Of a stretch of DNA of 31,035 nt, positions 8,370 through 17,681 are shown piece by piece. Each line of letters begins with the position of its first letter. The stretch's first letter is position 1. A program made the position numbers and the translations under genes. The stretch covers positions 1 through 31,035 of the forward strand of contig JBDRBN010000123.1 of the NCBI GenBank assembly GCA_043822785.1, written 5' to 3'. The notes beneath the pieces are model-generated. The model searched no databases. It saw only the letters and a list, made by a program, of their open reading frames with translations, and was not told the DNA's origin. The DNA is from Pseudomonadota bacterium (lineage in GTDB: Bacteria > UBA10199 > 2-02-FULL-44-16 > JAAZCA01).

Positions 8370-9296
8370 ATGCACAGCGATTACGACATTATAATCATCG
8401 GAGGTGGTCCTGCTGGAAGCGCAGCAGCAGCGTTTGTATCCAGATGCAAATGGAATGCCCTAGTCATAGACAAGTCGATGTCAGCAGGGTTTTTAGGAAG
8501 TCTTAGCAACGTGAGCTATTTTCCTGGTTTTCCAGAGTCGATAAGCGGGCTTGAATTGCTAAAGCGCATGAGAAGACAAGCAGAGCTCGTGGGAACAAGC
8601 TTTGTGTCAGACGCGGCCACGCAACTGTCAGGCACTCAAGGTGCGTTTAAGATAATCACTCAGTCTGGCAAGGGATTTCAGACTAAAGCAATTGTTGTAG
8701 CAACAGGCGCTTCTGCTAGAACAAATTATCTTCAGGGTGAACGCGAATTATTGGGCAGGGGAGTATCATATGATGTGCTCGCAGACGGCCCTGCTGTGGC
8801 TAAACGAACAGCTGCGATTGTCGGAAAGACAGAGCAGGCTGCGCGCGAGGCATTAGCGCTTGCGCGTTTTGCAGATCACATTCATTTTATAATTCCATCT
8901 AATAAAATAGAGGCAAATGACGAGACCTTAAAGATGATCAGGGAGAACAAATCTATAGAAACACACTTTTCTGCTAGCTTAAAGAAGATAAACGGGGCTG
9001 ACCATGTAAAGTCCATCACCGTCTTTAGCAATGGTCAGGAAAAAGAAATAGCCGTGGTTGGTGTGTTTACATATGTTCATGAGTACAAAGCGACCACGGA
9101 TTTTCTTAAAGACGAAGTGGAGATTTCGCAAACAGGCACCATAAAGGTGGATAATAAGCTCGCCACAGCCACAGAGGGCGTGTTTGCATGCGGCGATGTT
9201 CTGTGCGGTAAGCCCCAGATTCCTTCTATTGCTGCTTCACAAGGGCTGCTGGCAGGTATAAGCGCACATGAATTTCTTTCAGCAGAAAGGATCTAA
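8370..9296 (+). CDS. Thioredoxin reductase-fold FAD oxidoreductase lacking the redox CXXC
   Basis: GGGPAG, ATG and T..GVFACGD FAD motifs; GVSYDVLADG replaces GVSYCATCDG. Confidence 0.9.
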   Translation: MHSDYDIIIIGGGPAGSAAAAFVSRCKWNALVIDKSMSAGFLGSLSNVSYFPGFPESISGLELLKRMRRQAELVGTSFVSDAATQLSGTQGAFKIITQSGKGFQTKAIVVATGASARTNYLQGERELLGRGVSYDVLADGPAVAKRTAAIVGKTEQAAREALALARFADHIHFIIPSNKIEANDETLKMIRENKSIETHFSASLKKINGADHVKSITVFSNGQEKEIAVVGVFTYVHEYKATTDFLKDEVEISQTGTIKVDNKLATATEGVFACGDVLCGKPQIPSIAASQGLLAGISAHEFLSAERI

Positions 9297-9298
9297 AC

Positions 9299-9976
9299 AT
9301 GGCGTTCAAAGCGCTGGTGTTTGATTTTGATGGGATAATAACCGACACTGAGCCAGTCCATATGGAGGCTTGGCAGGGCGTCTTGGAGCCCTTGGGCGTA
9401 TTCATCGAGGAGGACGAGTTCAAGTCTGAATATGTGGGGCTCAATGACCGCGATTTTCTTGATGCTGTGAGCAGAAACCATAAACATCATTTCGCTGATA
9501 CAGAGAAGTCCAAACTCATAGAACAAAAATGCGTTGCCACGATATCTCTTTTGGAAAATGAAATCCCTGTCCTCCCCGGAGTCGAAACCTTCATCAATTC
9601 CAGTAAAGATAGATACTTGCTAGCGATTTGCAGCGGCGCAAACAGGGCAGAGATCGAGTTCATCTTACGCCGCCTCAGATGGAACGGCTTGTTCAATCCT
9701 GTCGTAGCATCGGATTCAGTGAGTAAAGGAAAACCAGATCCAGAAGGGTACATAAGGGCCCTTGAAGGGCTAGATGATAGGGCAAGCGATGTTGTGCTTG
9801 CTGAGAACGTTGTAGCTATCGAAGATTCGCCAAAAGGCATAGCTGCTGCCAAGGCTGCGGGGCTTAGATGCCTTGCGGTTAGTAATTCGTTCAATGCAGA
9901 AAGCCTATCACAAGCGGATTGGGTGGTAGAATCCTTGATGGATGTGGACATGAATGAATTGTCATTGCGAGCGTAA
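9299..9976 (+). CDS. HAD-superfamily phosphatase (beta-PGM/CbbY-like)
   Basis: FDFDGIITDT, GKPDP and IEDSPKG motifs. Confidence 0.93.
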   Translation: MAFKALVFDFDGIITDTEPVHMEAWQGVLEPLGVFIEEDEFKSEYVGLNDRDFLDAVSRNHKHHFADTEKSKLIEQKCVATISLLENEIPVLPGVETFINSSKDRYLLAICSGANRAEIEFILRRLRWNGLFNPVVASDSVSKGKPDPEGYIRALEGLDDRASDVVLAENVVAIEDSPKGIAAAKAAGLRCLAVSNSFNAESLSQADWVVESLMDVDMNELSLRA

Positions 9977-10065
9977 GCGAAGCAATCTCCGTAAATTCTG
10001 GAGATCGCCCCTCCACTAAACAGTCGGCGGGCAGGCACGCCCGCTGGCGCGGGCTCGCGATGACA
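9960..10065. repeat. REP-like palindromic element with nested GC-rich insert
   Basis: tgtcattgcgagc...gctcgcgatgaca terminal inverted repeat; internal gaagcaatctcc...ggagat. Confidence 0.85.
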
Positions 10066-10071
10066 ACCCTT

Positions 10072-11919
10072 TTACCTTACCACCTTCAGCAACTCCTCTA
10101 CCTTCTTATAATCTCCAAATGGCGGAAAGATATAGGCACCGGTAACGCCGTCAATTGACTTGGCTGCAGACAAAGCTTCTTTTGCAATAGAAAGGCCCAC
10201 CTCATGCTGTGCTTCGCGCGTTTGTGCTTTTTCCATACGCTCCATCACATCCTTTGGTATCTGCATGCCCGGCACCTCGTTGTGAAGGAACTCGGCGTTT
10301 CTAAAACTTGCTAAAGGTAGAACACCCACGAAAAATGGAATCGCAGGCCTACCTCCGATTTTTTTGAAAAAAGCCTCGAGCAAGGATATGTCATAGACCG
10401 GCTGAGAAAATGCAAACTCAGCACCTGCTTCGATCTTTTGCTTAAAGCGATCTGCTTCAAGATCAACATCCACAGCACCCGTGTTGACCCCGCAACCGAT
10501 GAGAAAGTTTGTAGGCTCCTTGATGGGGCGCTCGGCAAAGTCCATGCCCTGGTTTAGATTAGACACAAAGCGTATGAGCCCTATGGAGTCTATATCAAAC
10601 ACAGCTGTGGCATCAGGGTAATGTCCCATCTTTGGCGGATCGCCCGTTATTATTAGCAGGTTAGTAAGTTTTAGCGCTGCAGCTCCTAAAAGATCCATCT
10701 GCATGCCCAGAAGATTTCTGTCGCGGCAGCAGTAGTGCACTATGGGGTCTATGCCTGCCTTTTCCTTGATGAGCATCGCAAGAGCAATAGGACTCATCCT
10801 GGCCATTGCGCGCGGGCCATCTGCTATGTTTATGGCATCAACCCCTAATTCCTTAAGAAGCCTTGCGCCCTCTATGGCCTTGTCAGTGTTGATTCCATAT
10901 GGTGGATCTATTTCAACGGATATTGAGAATTTACCTTCTAAAGAAGCTCCAAAGGAGCTCTTTTCAGCAGCAGGAATGCGCTTTACTTTTGGTATAGCCT
11001 TTGTCTTGACCTCAATTCTGGGTTTTTCGATCTTTCGTGCAACAGGCATTAATGTTTTAAGAAACTTTTTCATCTCAGCTGTGTGAGCTGGGGTTGTTCC
11101 GCAACATCCGCCTATGAGCGAGACGCCCAGCTGAGCATACCGGCGCGCATATTCGGCCATATATTCAGGGCTTGCCAGATACAAGAGCCTGCCGTGCACT
11201 TGCCTGGGCAGTCCTGCGTTAGGCATGGCTGATAAAGGCTTACTCGTTACTTCTACCATCCTCTTCATGGCTTCGAACACGCCCTGGGGCCCATCGCAGC
11301 AGTTAACGCCTATGACATCTGCTCCCCACTCATCCATGGTTTTGGCTGCGTGCTCAGGCAAAAGACCCGCAAACCCTTCATCGCCAAGATACTTTAGGCT
11401 TACTTGGGTTATCACTGGAAGAGCGCACGCATCTCTTGCAGCCTGATATGCGATGTGCAGCTCTTCGAGATTGGTAAATGTCTCTAGGATGATTACATCA
11501 ACGCCGCCCTTTGCGAGGGCCTCTATCTGCTCACTAAAGATCTTATGCATGTCATTGGCATCTAGCGACACCGCATCCTTCTGTGTCCAAGATATTGGTC
11601 CAACTGATCCTGCGACAAACACATCGCTGCCCGCAGCTTCACGCGCGATCTTGGCGCCAGCTTTGTTGATATCCACTGCCTTATCTTCAAGGCCAAACGA
11701 AGCCAACGCAGGGCGGCTTGCTGTAAAAGTATTTGTCTCTATGAGGCCAGCACCCGCCTTTATGTAGTCGCGATGTATCTCGCCGATGATGCGGGGGTTT
11801 GAAAGATTAAGCTCGTCAAAGCAGCGATTGATGAATACGCCCCTGTTGTAAAGCTCGGTGCCCATGGCGCCGTCAGCCAAAATGCCTTGTTCTTTGAGTA
11901 TCTTTAAAAAGTCTGACAT
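10072..11919 (-). CDS. yitJ: Bifunctional homocysteine S-methyltransferase / 5,10-methylenetetrahydrofolate reductase
   Basis: DGAMGT, GVNC and GGCCGTTP in the N-terminal domain; CRDRN, TGDPP and LHNEVPG in the MTHFR domain. Confidence 0.95.
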   Translation of the reverse strand: MSDFLKILKEQGILADGAMGTELYNRGVFINRCFDELNLSNPRIIGEIHRDYIKAGAGLIETNTFTASRPALASFGLEDKAVDINKAGAKIAREAAGSDVFVAGSVGPISWTQKDAVSLDANDMHKIFSEQIEALAKGGVDVIILETFTNLEELHIAYQAARDACALPVITQVSLKYLGDEGFAGLLPEHAAKTMDEWGADVIGVNCCDGPQGVFEAMKRMVEVTSKPLSAMPNAGLPRQVHGRLLYLASPEYMAEYARRYAQLGVSLIGGCCGTTPAHTAEMKKFLKTLMPVARKIEKPRIEVKTKAIPKVKRIPAAEKSSFGASLEGKFSISVEIDPPYGINTDKAIEGARLLKELGVDAINIADGPRAMARMSPIALAMLIKEKAGIDPIVHYCCRDRNLLGMQMDLLGAAALKLTNLLIITGDPPKMGHYPDATAVFDIDSIGLIRFVSNLNQGMDFAERPIKEPTNFLIGCGVNTGAVDVDLEADRFKQKIEAGAEFAFSQPVYDISLLEAFFKKIGGRPAIPFFVGVLPLASFRNAEFLHNEVPGMQIPKDVMERMEKAQTREAQHEVGLSIAKEALSAAKSIDGVTGAYIFPPFGDYKKVEELLKVVR

Positions 11920-11929
11920 AAAACAGTCC

Positions 11930-12544
11930 TTATAACAGCATGCTCTCCGAGGAAGCTAGAAAAGCAGGGTTTGTCATTAAAAGCTCACCAATAGTGGATT
12001 CGGTTCCACCATAGTCATGACCAGGCCACACTTTGGTTTTTGGGTCTAATGAAGCCAAGGTTTTAAGCGATGCCATCATCTGTTTTGGATCGCTACCAGG
12101 CAGATCCACCCTGCCACATCCATCGACAAACAGCGTGTCGCCAGTGAAGATAGAGTTTTTCACTAGAAAGCATTGCGATCCTGGTGTGTGCCCTGGAGTG
12201 TGAATGCATTTTATCTTTGTGCTGCCAAGCTCAATGAGCGTTCCATCCTCAGTTTCTTTGACAGGAAGATTTTTGCTAATATCACCTGCTTCGTCTTTGT
12301 GTACATATATTGTTGCATCTGTTTTTGCTGCAATATCCCTAAGCACACCGATATGATCAAAATGTGTATGAGTAAGAAGAATCTTTTCAATCTTCCAGCC
12401 TGCATCATTTGCGGCATTCAGTATGGCATTTGCATCCCACCCAGGATCAATTGTTGCGCATGCCTTGGCTTTATCATCGCCCACCAGGTAAGCGAAGTTT
12501 AGCATAGGGCCCACGTGAAGCTGTTTTATGGAGGGTTCTGTCAT
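11930..12544 (-). CDS. MBL-fold metallo-hydrolase (glyoxalase II-like)
   Basis: THTHFDH, HTPGHTPG, FTGDTLF and PGHDY motifs. Confidence 0.93.
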   Translation of the reverse strand: MTEPSIKQLHVGPMLNFAYLVGDDKAKACATIDPGWDANAILNAANDAGWKIEKILLTHTHFDHIGVLRDIAAKTDATIYVHKDEAGDISKNLPVKETEDGTLIELGSTKIKCIHTPGHTPGSQCFLVKNSIFTGDTLFVDGCGRVDLPGSDPKQMMASLKTLASLDPKTKVWPGHDYGGTESTIGELLMTNPAFLASSESMLL

Positions 12545-12550
12545 AATGAA

Positions 12551-12631
12551 CTCAAGAAGCTAGAAGTCAGAAGAGGCGCAGACCAGAATTCTAAGTTCTA
12601 GTTTCTGACCCCTGACTTCTGACTTCTTGAG
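12551..12631. repeat. Long imperfect hairpin made of AGAAGTC/GACTTCT heptamers
   Basis: ctcaagaagctagaagtcag ... ctgacttctgacttcttgag. Confidence 0.8.
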
Positions 12632-12638
12632 CTATTGG

Positions 12639-13016
12639 TCAAGAGGGAATTTCGCCCATGATATGGGCACACATGTCGTTTGGGTGTGATTCGTGCGAGT
12701 GGAAAAATGCCAGACCCTCGTCGCCCAGCCTCCAGGTAAACCAGCCAGTGCCAGCATCAAAATCTACAAGCCATATGCCACGGGGTTCGCAACCTAGTTT
12801 TGATATCTTGATGGCCCAGCGCCTCACGCGCTGCTCTATCTGTGAATACAGGCGCTTATAGAGTGGTTCACCATAAGGCACAAAGCGAATTTGCTCCTGA
12901 AGCTCAGAAACATCTGCTGCAACTGTTTCAGTGATTCTTCGAACTATAGGAAGGAGATCTAAGGCCTCTTCCTGAGTGAAGATTCTGCGAGAATGAATGG
13001 GAATGACTTCACCCAT
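12639..13016 (-). CDS. DUF2203-like protein
   Basis: FT.EEA..LLP N-terminus and LVDF...W..G C-terminal motif; ATG 13016 chosen from promoter position. Confidence 0.8.
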   Translation of the reverse strand: MGEVIPIHSRRIFTQEEALDLLPIVRRITETVAADVSELQEQIRFVPYGEPLYKRLYSQIEQRVRRWAIKISKLGCEPRGIWLVDFDAGTGWFTWRLGDEGLAFFHSHESHPNDMCAHIMGEIPS

Positions 13017-13023
13017 AGATGAC

Positions 13024-13051
13024 AATCTAAACTTCCAAATAGAATTGTCAA
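13024..13051 (-). promoter_or_regulatory. Sigma70 promoter TTGACA-N16-TAGATT, probably leaderless
   Basis: -10 ends 7 nt before ATG 13016. Confidence 0.55.
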
Positions 13052-13134
13052 TGTTCAACGCTGCTAAGAATTTTTTTTACCTGAACAGCAACTTGACTGA
13101 TAGTGTTTTCATATGTTAGTGGATCTTACGAATC

Positions 13135-13167
13135 GGTCACGGAGCAATTTTGCTCCGTGACCTTTTT
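13135..13167 (+). terminator. Intrinsic terminator/attenuator in greA leader
   Basis: Perfect 12-bp stem ggtcacggagca/tgctccgtgacc plus T5, 23 nt upstream of greA and downstream of TTGACT at 13093. Confidence 0.8.
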
Positions 13168-13190
13168 CTGCGAAAGGAAAGGATGCTATC

Positions 13191-13667
13191 ATGACACAGC
13201 GGTTTCCTATGACACCTGCAGGGCAGAAAAAGCTCATTGAAAAGCTAAAATACTTAAAACAGGTAGAACGTCCCAAAGCAATTGCAGATATAGAAGAGGC
13301 AAGAGGTCACGGCGATCTTTCTGAAAATGCCGAGTATGACATTGCTAAAGAGCGGCAGTTGCAACTAAGCCAGCAGATAAAGGAGATCGAACACCGGCTT
13401 TCGCTGGCGCATGTAATAGATCCATCCCAAATTGATTCAGAAAAGGTGGTGTTTGGCGCGCACGTAACTCTATCAGAAATAGACAATGGAGAAGAGCTTA
13501 CCTTTTTTATCGTTGGAGCTGATGAGGTAGATGTATCTGCGGGAAAGATTTCTATCGATTCTCCAATAGCCCGCGCCCTCATAGGCAAGGAAGAAGGCGA
13601 TGAGGTCAAAGTCAAAACCCCCAAAGGCGTACGCGCGTTTGAGATAGTGGAAGTGAGATACGTTTAG
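13191..13667 (+). CDS. greA: Transcription elongation factor GreA
   Basis: HGDLSENAEY and SPIARALIGK motifs. Confidence 0.98.
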   Translation: MTQRFPMTPAGQKKLIEKLKYLKQVERPKAIADIEEARGHGDLSENAEYDIAKERQLQLSQQIKEIEHRLSLAHVIDPSQIDSEKVVFGAHVTLSEIDNGEELTFFIVGADEVDVSAGKISIDSPIARALIGKEEGDEVKVKTPKGVRAFEIVEVRYV

Positions 13668-13737
13668 CACTTGCCCCATCCGTAGAACCTCTTGAAATCT
13701 ATTGTATTTTCGAAACCAAAAAAAATTATAAAAACAC

Positions 13738-13764
13738 GCAACAAAGAAAAAGAACGGCCGATAC
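13738..13764 (+). promoter_or_regulatory. Sigma28-like promoter GCAAC-N14-GCCGATAC
   Basis: Upstream of GAGGAGG RBS of the 13808 ORF. Confidence 0.6.
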
Positions 13765-13807
13765 ATATGCCAGGTCGCGTAATGGCGCGGATCTTGAGGA
13801 GGCAAAC

Positions 13808-14758
13808 ATGTCGTTTCCATCAGTTTTGGGAAGAGGAATGCTTACAACTGCAACATTCTTACCCATGGGCCTGACCTATGGCATAGGAGGCTTTGGAGGC
13901 ATAGTGGGATGCTCGCCGACTCAGACCATAGAGCCAAATAATACGCCGGATGTCGACAAATCCGAATATCTAAAACAAACCGCAGATAACTTCTCTACAC
14001 AGGCTGATACCGAGACATTGACCGACGAATTTGCAATGACTCCGGACACCCTTGGGCTCGTCAACAGGGCCCGCTCGGTCGGCCGCAAATGCGGAGATAA
14101 GTCTTTTTCTCCGGCCCCGCCATTGACATGGAGCAATGAGCTGGCGGCCGCTGCCCTCGCCCATGCAAGGGATATGGCAGACAATGACTATTACTCACAT
14201 TGCGGGCGCAAGGGAGATATCAAGCCTACTGATGCCGGCACAAATGGATGTCCTCCTGGAACGACACAGGCATGGGACCGCGCAAAGGAAGCCGGATATG
14301 CAACATCATATGTCGGAGAAAACATCGCTATGGGACAAAGCACGACCACGGAAGTCATGTCCGATTGGCTCAATAGCCCAGGCCACTGCGCGAACATAAT
14401 GAATCCAGAATACAGAGACATCGGCGTTGCCTTTGCGAGGGGAAAGGGGTTCCTGTGGGCGATGTCCTTGGGCCGTAGCACATCCGACGACACGGGCAGC
14501 ACAGGTGTTTCAACCCCGCCCCCAAGCCCAGCGGTTCCAGAAAACAAAGAGGCATATGCGAAGTGCGCCAAGGACCTTTTTGACAAAGGTCAAATAAAGG
14601 CATGCCAGGGCTTGGTCGATGCGTGCATGGCAACAAGCGATGCATCTGCAAGAGTAACTTTGAATACCGATTCAGGTTCGATTACTTTAGATAATAGAGA
14701 GTCTTGTCTAGAGACGGCGGTTACTCTTTCATCTATGAATTATAAGCTTAAAAAGTAA
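13808..14758 (+). CDS. CAP (SCP) domain protein, possible lipoprotein, with Cys-containing C-terminal domain
   Basis: HARDMA...YYSH, GENIA and WLNSPGHCANIM motifs; IVGC lipobox-like site. Confidence 0.92.
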   Translation: MSFPSVLGRGMLTTATFLPMGLTYGIGGFGGIVGCSPTQTIEPNNTPDVDKSEYLKQTADNFSTQADTETLTDEFAMTPDTLGLVNRARSVGRKCGDKSFSPAPPLTWSNELAAAALAHARDMADNDYYSHCGRKGDIKPTDAGTNGCPPGTTQAWDRAKEAGYATSYVGENIAMGQSTTTEVMSDWLNSPGHCANIMNPEYRDIGVAFARGKGFLWAMSLGRSTSDDTGSTGVSTPPPSPAVPENKEAYAKCAKDLFDKGQIKACQGLVDACMATSDASARVTLNTDSGSITLDNRESCLETAVTLSSMNYKLKK

Positions 14759-14781
14759 TTTGTGCAGACAAGTATATAATT

Positions 14782-14815
14782 AAGGCTGCCTTTTAAATAT
14801 AGAGGCAGCCTTTTT
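14782..14815. terminator. Intrinsic terminator between convergent genes
   Basis: aaggctgcct...aggcagccttttt. Confidence 0.85.
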
Positions 14816-14817
14816 GT

Positions 14818-16092
14818 TTACCTGCCAAACGCCTTTGGCAGCCAGAGGGATAATTCAGGGAAATACGTGATGATGAGAAGCGCTATCACCAAAACGCCCA
14901 AGAATGGGAGCGTTGATCTATATATCTCTGGTATGGGCCTCTTAAACCGAATGCTTGAGATAAAGAGGTTAAGCCCCACAGGCGGCGTGATGTATCCGAT
15001 CTCTAAATTGGCCAAGAAGATGATGCCCAGATGAATCGGATTTACGCCAAACTCTTTTGCAATAGGCACGATCAGCGGTACCACTACGATCGTGGCTGAG
15101 AATATATCCATGAGGCAGCCCACGAGGAGCAAGAATACGTTGAGCAGAGCCAGAAACATCACCTTGCTCGTTATATACTCGCGCATCATGGCGATGATCT
15201 TCATGGGGATTTGCTCGTCCACCATGTAATTGGTAAGCCCCAGCGCGCAGCCCAGTATCACGAGCACTCCGCCCACGAGTATCATCGAGTCCGCTGCAAT
15301 GCGCGGTATGTCCCTTCTGATCTTCAAATCCCTGTAGATAAATAACTCCACAAACAGCACATAAACCACAGTAACAGCCGCAGCTTCGGATGCCGTGAAT
15401 ATGCCGCCATAGATACCGCCAAGTATTATAACAGGAAGGGGAAGTATCCAAATGGCTCCACGCAAAGCCGGCCACACATTGCTTAATTTAAATGGCTGAC
15501 GCTCGATTTTTGATTTTACTCCAGCGTGAATGCTAAAGAGCGAAAGCAGAACTATCATCATCACGCCCGGCAATATTCCTGCCAAAAACAATGCATCCAC
15601 ATTTACCTGTGCGACTAGAGCAAAGAGTATGAGTGGAAGGCTTGGAGGAAATAAGAGGCCCAAGCTTCCGCTGGTTGTGATGAGCCCTATGGAAAACCTA
15701 TGAGAGTAGCGTTCTTTGGTGAGTAAGGGGTAGAGCAAACCACCCAGGGCGATTATGGTTACGCCAGATGCGCCGTTGAATGATGTAAAAAATGCGCAGG
15801 TGATAAACGCGACGATGGCCAGGCCACCTGGCATCCATCCAAAAAGGGCACGATATAGATTGACGAGCCTTTCAGGGGATTTTGATTCTGCGAGCAGATA
15901 TCCGGCAAAAGTAAACAGCGGTATGGCCAAGAGGGTGGGAGCAGATGCTAAGCGGTACATCTCGATGATGACCGCTTGGGAATCAATGCCTACTGCAGCA
16001 AAAAGAACAAGCGCAAGCCCGCCAATGATTATGAAAAGCGGCGCACCGCAGATAGCGCATAAAAGAAGCGCTATGACATATGCGATGGTCAA
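14818..16092 (-). CDS. dctM: TRAP transporter large permease
   Basis: LLAIPLF, GLLFPPS, GGIFTASEAA and TPPVGLNLF motifs; many TM segments. Confidence 0.96.
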   Translation of the reverse strand: MTIAYVIALLLCAICGAPLFIIIGGLALVLFAAVGIDSQAVIIEMYRLASAPTLLAIPLFTFAGYLLAESKSPERLVNLYRALFGWMPGGLAIVAFITCAFFTSFNGASGVTIIALGGLLYPLLTKERYSHRFSIGLITTSGSLGLLFPPSLPLILFALVAQVNVDALFLAGILPGVMMIVLLSLFSIHAGVKSKIERQPFKLSNVWPALRGAIWILPLPVIILGGIYGGIFTASEAAAVTVVYVLFVELFIYRDLKIRRDIPRIAADSMILVGGVLVILGCALGLTNYMVDEQIPMKIIAMMREYITSKVMFLALLNVFLLLVGCLMDIFSATIVVVPLIVPIAKEFGVNPIHLGIIFLANLEIGYITPPVGLNLFISSIRFKRPIPEIYRSTLPFLGVLVIALLIITYFPELSLWLPKAFGR

Positions 16093-16619
16093 ACGCGCCC
16101 CTTTCCGGCTACATGTTTTGAGCCGTCTTTATAGATGCGCCAGATATCCAGCCCTACGCCAATGGCGTACTCAAGCGATATCATGGCAAAGCCAAACGGA
16201 ATGATGATCTGCGCTATCCATGTGGGCACATTTGCAAAAAGCATTGTGCCCATGGCTTTTTCATCGAGCACAAAGGCATATGCAGCTTTTGCTAAAAGAA
16301 AAGCTACAAAACATGCGAGTAGATCCAAGCCGATGCGGATGAAGTTTCTGGATTTTCTGGGAAAAAGCCTGGTTAAGGCATCTATCGCGATGTGTTGGCG
16401 GCTCCTAGTCGCCAGCATTGCACCGAGAAACGCTGCCCACAGCACCATGTGCCTTGAGGCTACATCAGCCCATGCAATGCCTGAGGAAAAGATGTTTCTG
16501 AGTATGACCTGGCCAGCAACGAGAAACATCATGGCCATAATAAGGATGATGAGCAAGGACTGCACACACCTGGCAAATGCGAGGTCTATTTTTTTAAAGA
16601 AGTTGAGAAGCTTTTGCAT
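16089..16619 (-). CDS. dctQ: TRAP transporter small permease
   Basis: Four TM segments; QVILR, W.AFLGA and HIAID motifs; overlaps neighbouring genes. Confidence 0.95.
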   Translation of the reverse strand: MQKLLNFFKKIDLAFARCVQSLLIILIMAMMFLVAGQVILRNIFSSGIAWADVASRHMVLWAAFLGAMLATRSRQHIAIDALTRLFPRKSRNFIRIGLDLLACFVAFLLAKAAYAFVLDEKAMGTMLFANVPTWIAQIIIPFGFAMISLEYAIGVGLDIWRIYKDGSKHVAGKGRV

Positions 16620-17617
16620 TAGTCGCGAAACCTTTCAGCTTCCACTGCAGCTATAGCTTCGTCTAACAGGGCCTTGGTATAGAGCTTGCCTACGAGCTTG
16701 TTCCATACCTCCTTGCTAGTATTGCGTATGCGCTCTACTTCTTCATCAGCCACCTTGACTTGTTTGAGGCCAGCCTCAAAGAGTGTTTTATATGATTTTT
16801 CGTTATCAGCGCGGGTGCGATCGACGAGCATCTTTGCATATTTCTTGGCAGTGGTCTTTAATATATTTTGGTCTGCAGGAGACAACAATGCGAGAGCCTT
16901 CTTGGTTATTATTATGCCGCCTGTGGAGTCAGCCAGTTTAAGATCAGTTAAATACTTGGTATGTGTAAACCACTGAAGTGCGATAGCTCCAAGCGGCGGT
17001 GCATACACTGCATCTATGAGATTGGTTTGAAGCGATGTCATCACATCAGTAATGGGCAGCGGAATAGGCACGATCTTGAAGACCTTGTACAGCTCCTCTA
17101 CTAAAGGGTCCCCTTCCCAAGCCCACATCTTCATGCCCTTCATGTCATCGCGCGACGCAATGGGCTTATTTGAGAATATGTTAACAAATCCTGTTTCAGC
17201 TACTCCCAGTATTTCAAAACCCTTATTAGCAAAACCCGATTGCAATTTAGGCCAGACCTTTTTTGCTACTGCATCGGCCTCTTTGTAGTTGGATACGAGC
17301 ATAGGCAATTCCAGCACCCGAACTGCAGGATTTACCATGCCCAACCCAAGGCCGGTTAGTCCTGCTGCGTGCACTTGGCCTATGCGCATTTTTCTTATTA
17401 CATCTTTTTCGTCGCCCAATACGCCGCCTGCATATATCTTTAGTTTTACCCTTCCACCGGTCGCGCTCGTAAGCTCTTTATCCCATTCGCTCATGACCTT
17501 GTGCCAGGTCGAACCTTCAGGCGCGAGAATGGCAAGCTTAATCTCAGTGGCAGCATGAACCTTTACTGATATGAGAACTAATAGAGTCAGCACCAAAAGC
17601 GAAAACAAACGTTTCAT
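16619..17617 (-). CDS. dctP: TRAP substrate-binding protein (TatP/DctP type)
   Basis: Signal peptide; LAPEGSTW, GGVLGDE and SLQT..ID motifs. Confidence 0.93.
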   Translation of the reverse strand: MKRLFSLLVLTLLVLISVKVHAATEIKLAILAPEGSTWHKVMSEWDKELTSATGGRVKLKIYAGGVLGDEKDVIRKMRIGQVHAAGLTGLGLGMVNPAVRVLELPMLVSNYKEADAVAKKVWPKLQSGFANKGFEILGVAETGFVNIFSNKPIASRDDMKGMKMWAWEGDPLVEELYKVFKIVPIPLPITDVMTSLQTNLIDAVYAPPLGAIALQWFTHTKYLTDLKLADSTGGIIITKKALALLSPADQNILKTTAKKYAKMLVDRTRADNEKSYKTLFEAGLKQVKVADEEVERIRNTSKEVWNKLVGKLYTKALLDEAIAAVEAERFRD

Positions 17618-17641
17618 AAGATATCTCCCTAGCTTGAATCA

Positions 17642-17677
17642 GCAAGCAATGCCAGCAACGTTTCTTGCGTGTCTCGC
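17642..17677. repeat. 9-mer repeat cluster in inverted arrangement
   Basis: gcaagcaat gccagcaac / gtttcttgc gtgtctcgc. Confidence 0.65.
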
Positions 17678-17681
17678 GCAA

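Noticed and set aside
9487..10038. 183-aa antisense ORF and the many other short overlapping ORFs in the track (e.g. 16135-16656, 20690-21250)
   Set aside because: They overlap well-supported genes and have no motifs or RBS; typical shadow ORFs
11920..12638. SAM riboswitch or T-box controlling yitJ
   Set aside because: The gaps are 10 nt and a heptamer-repeat hairpin; no S-box or T-box consensus seen
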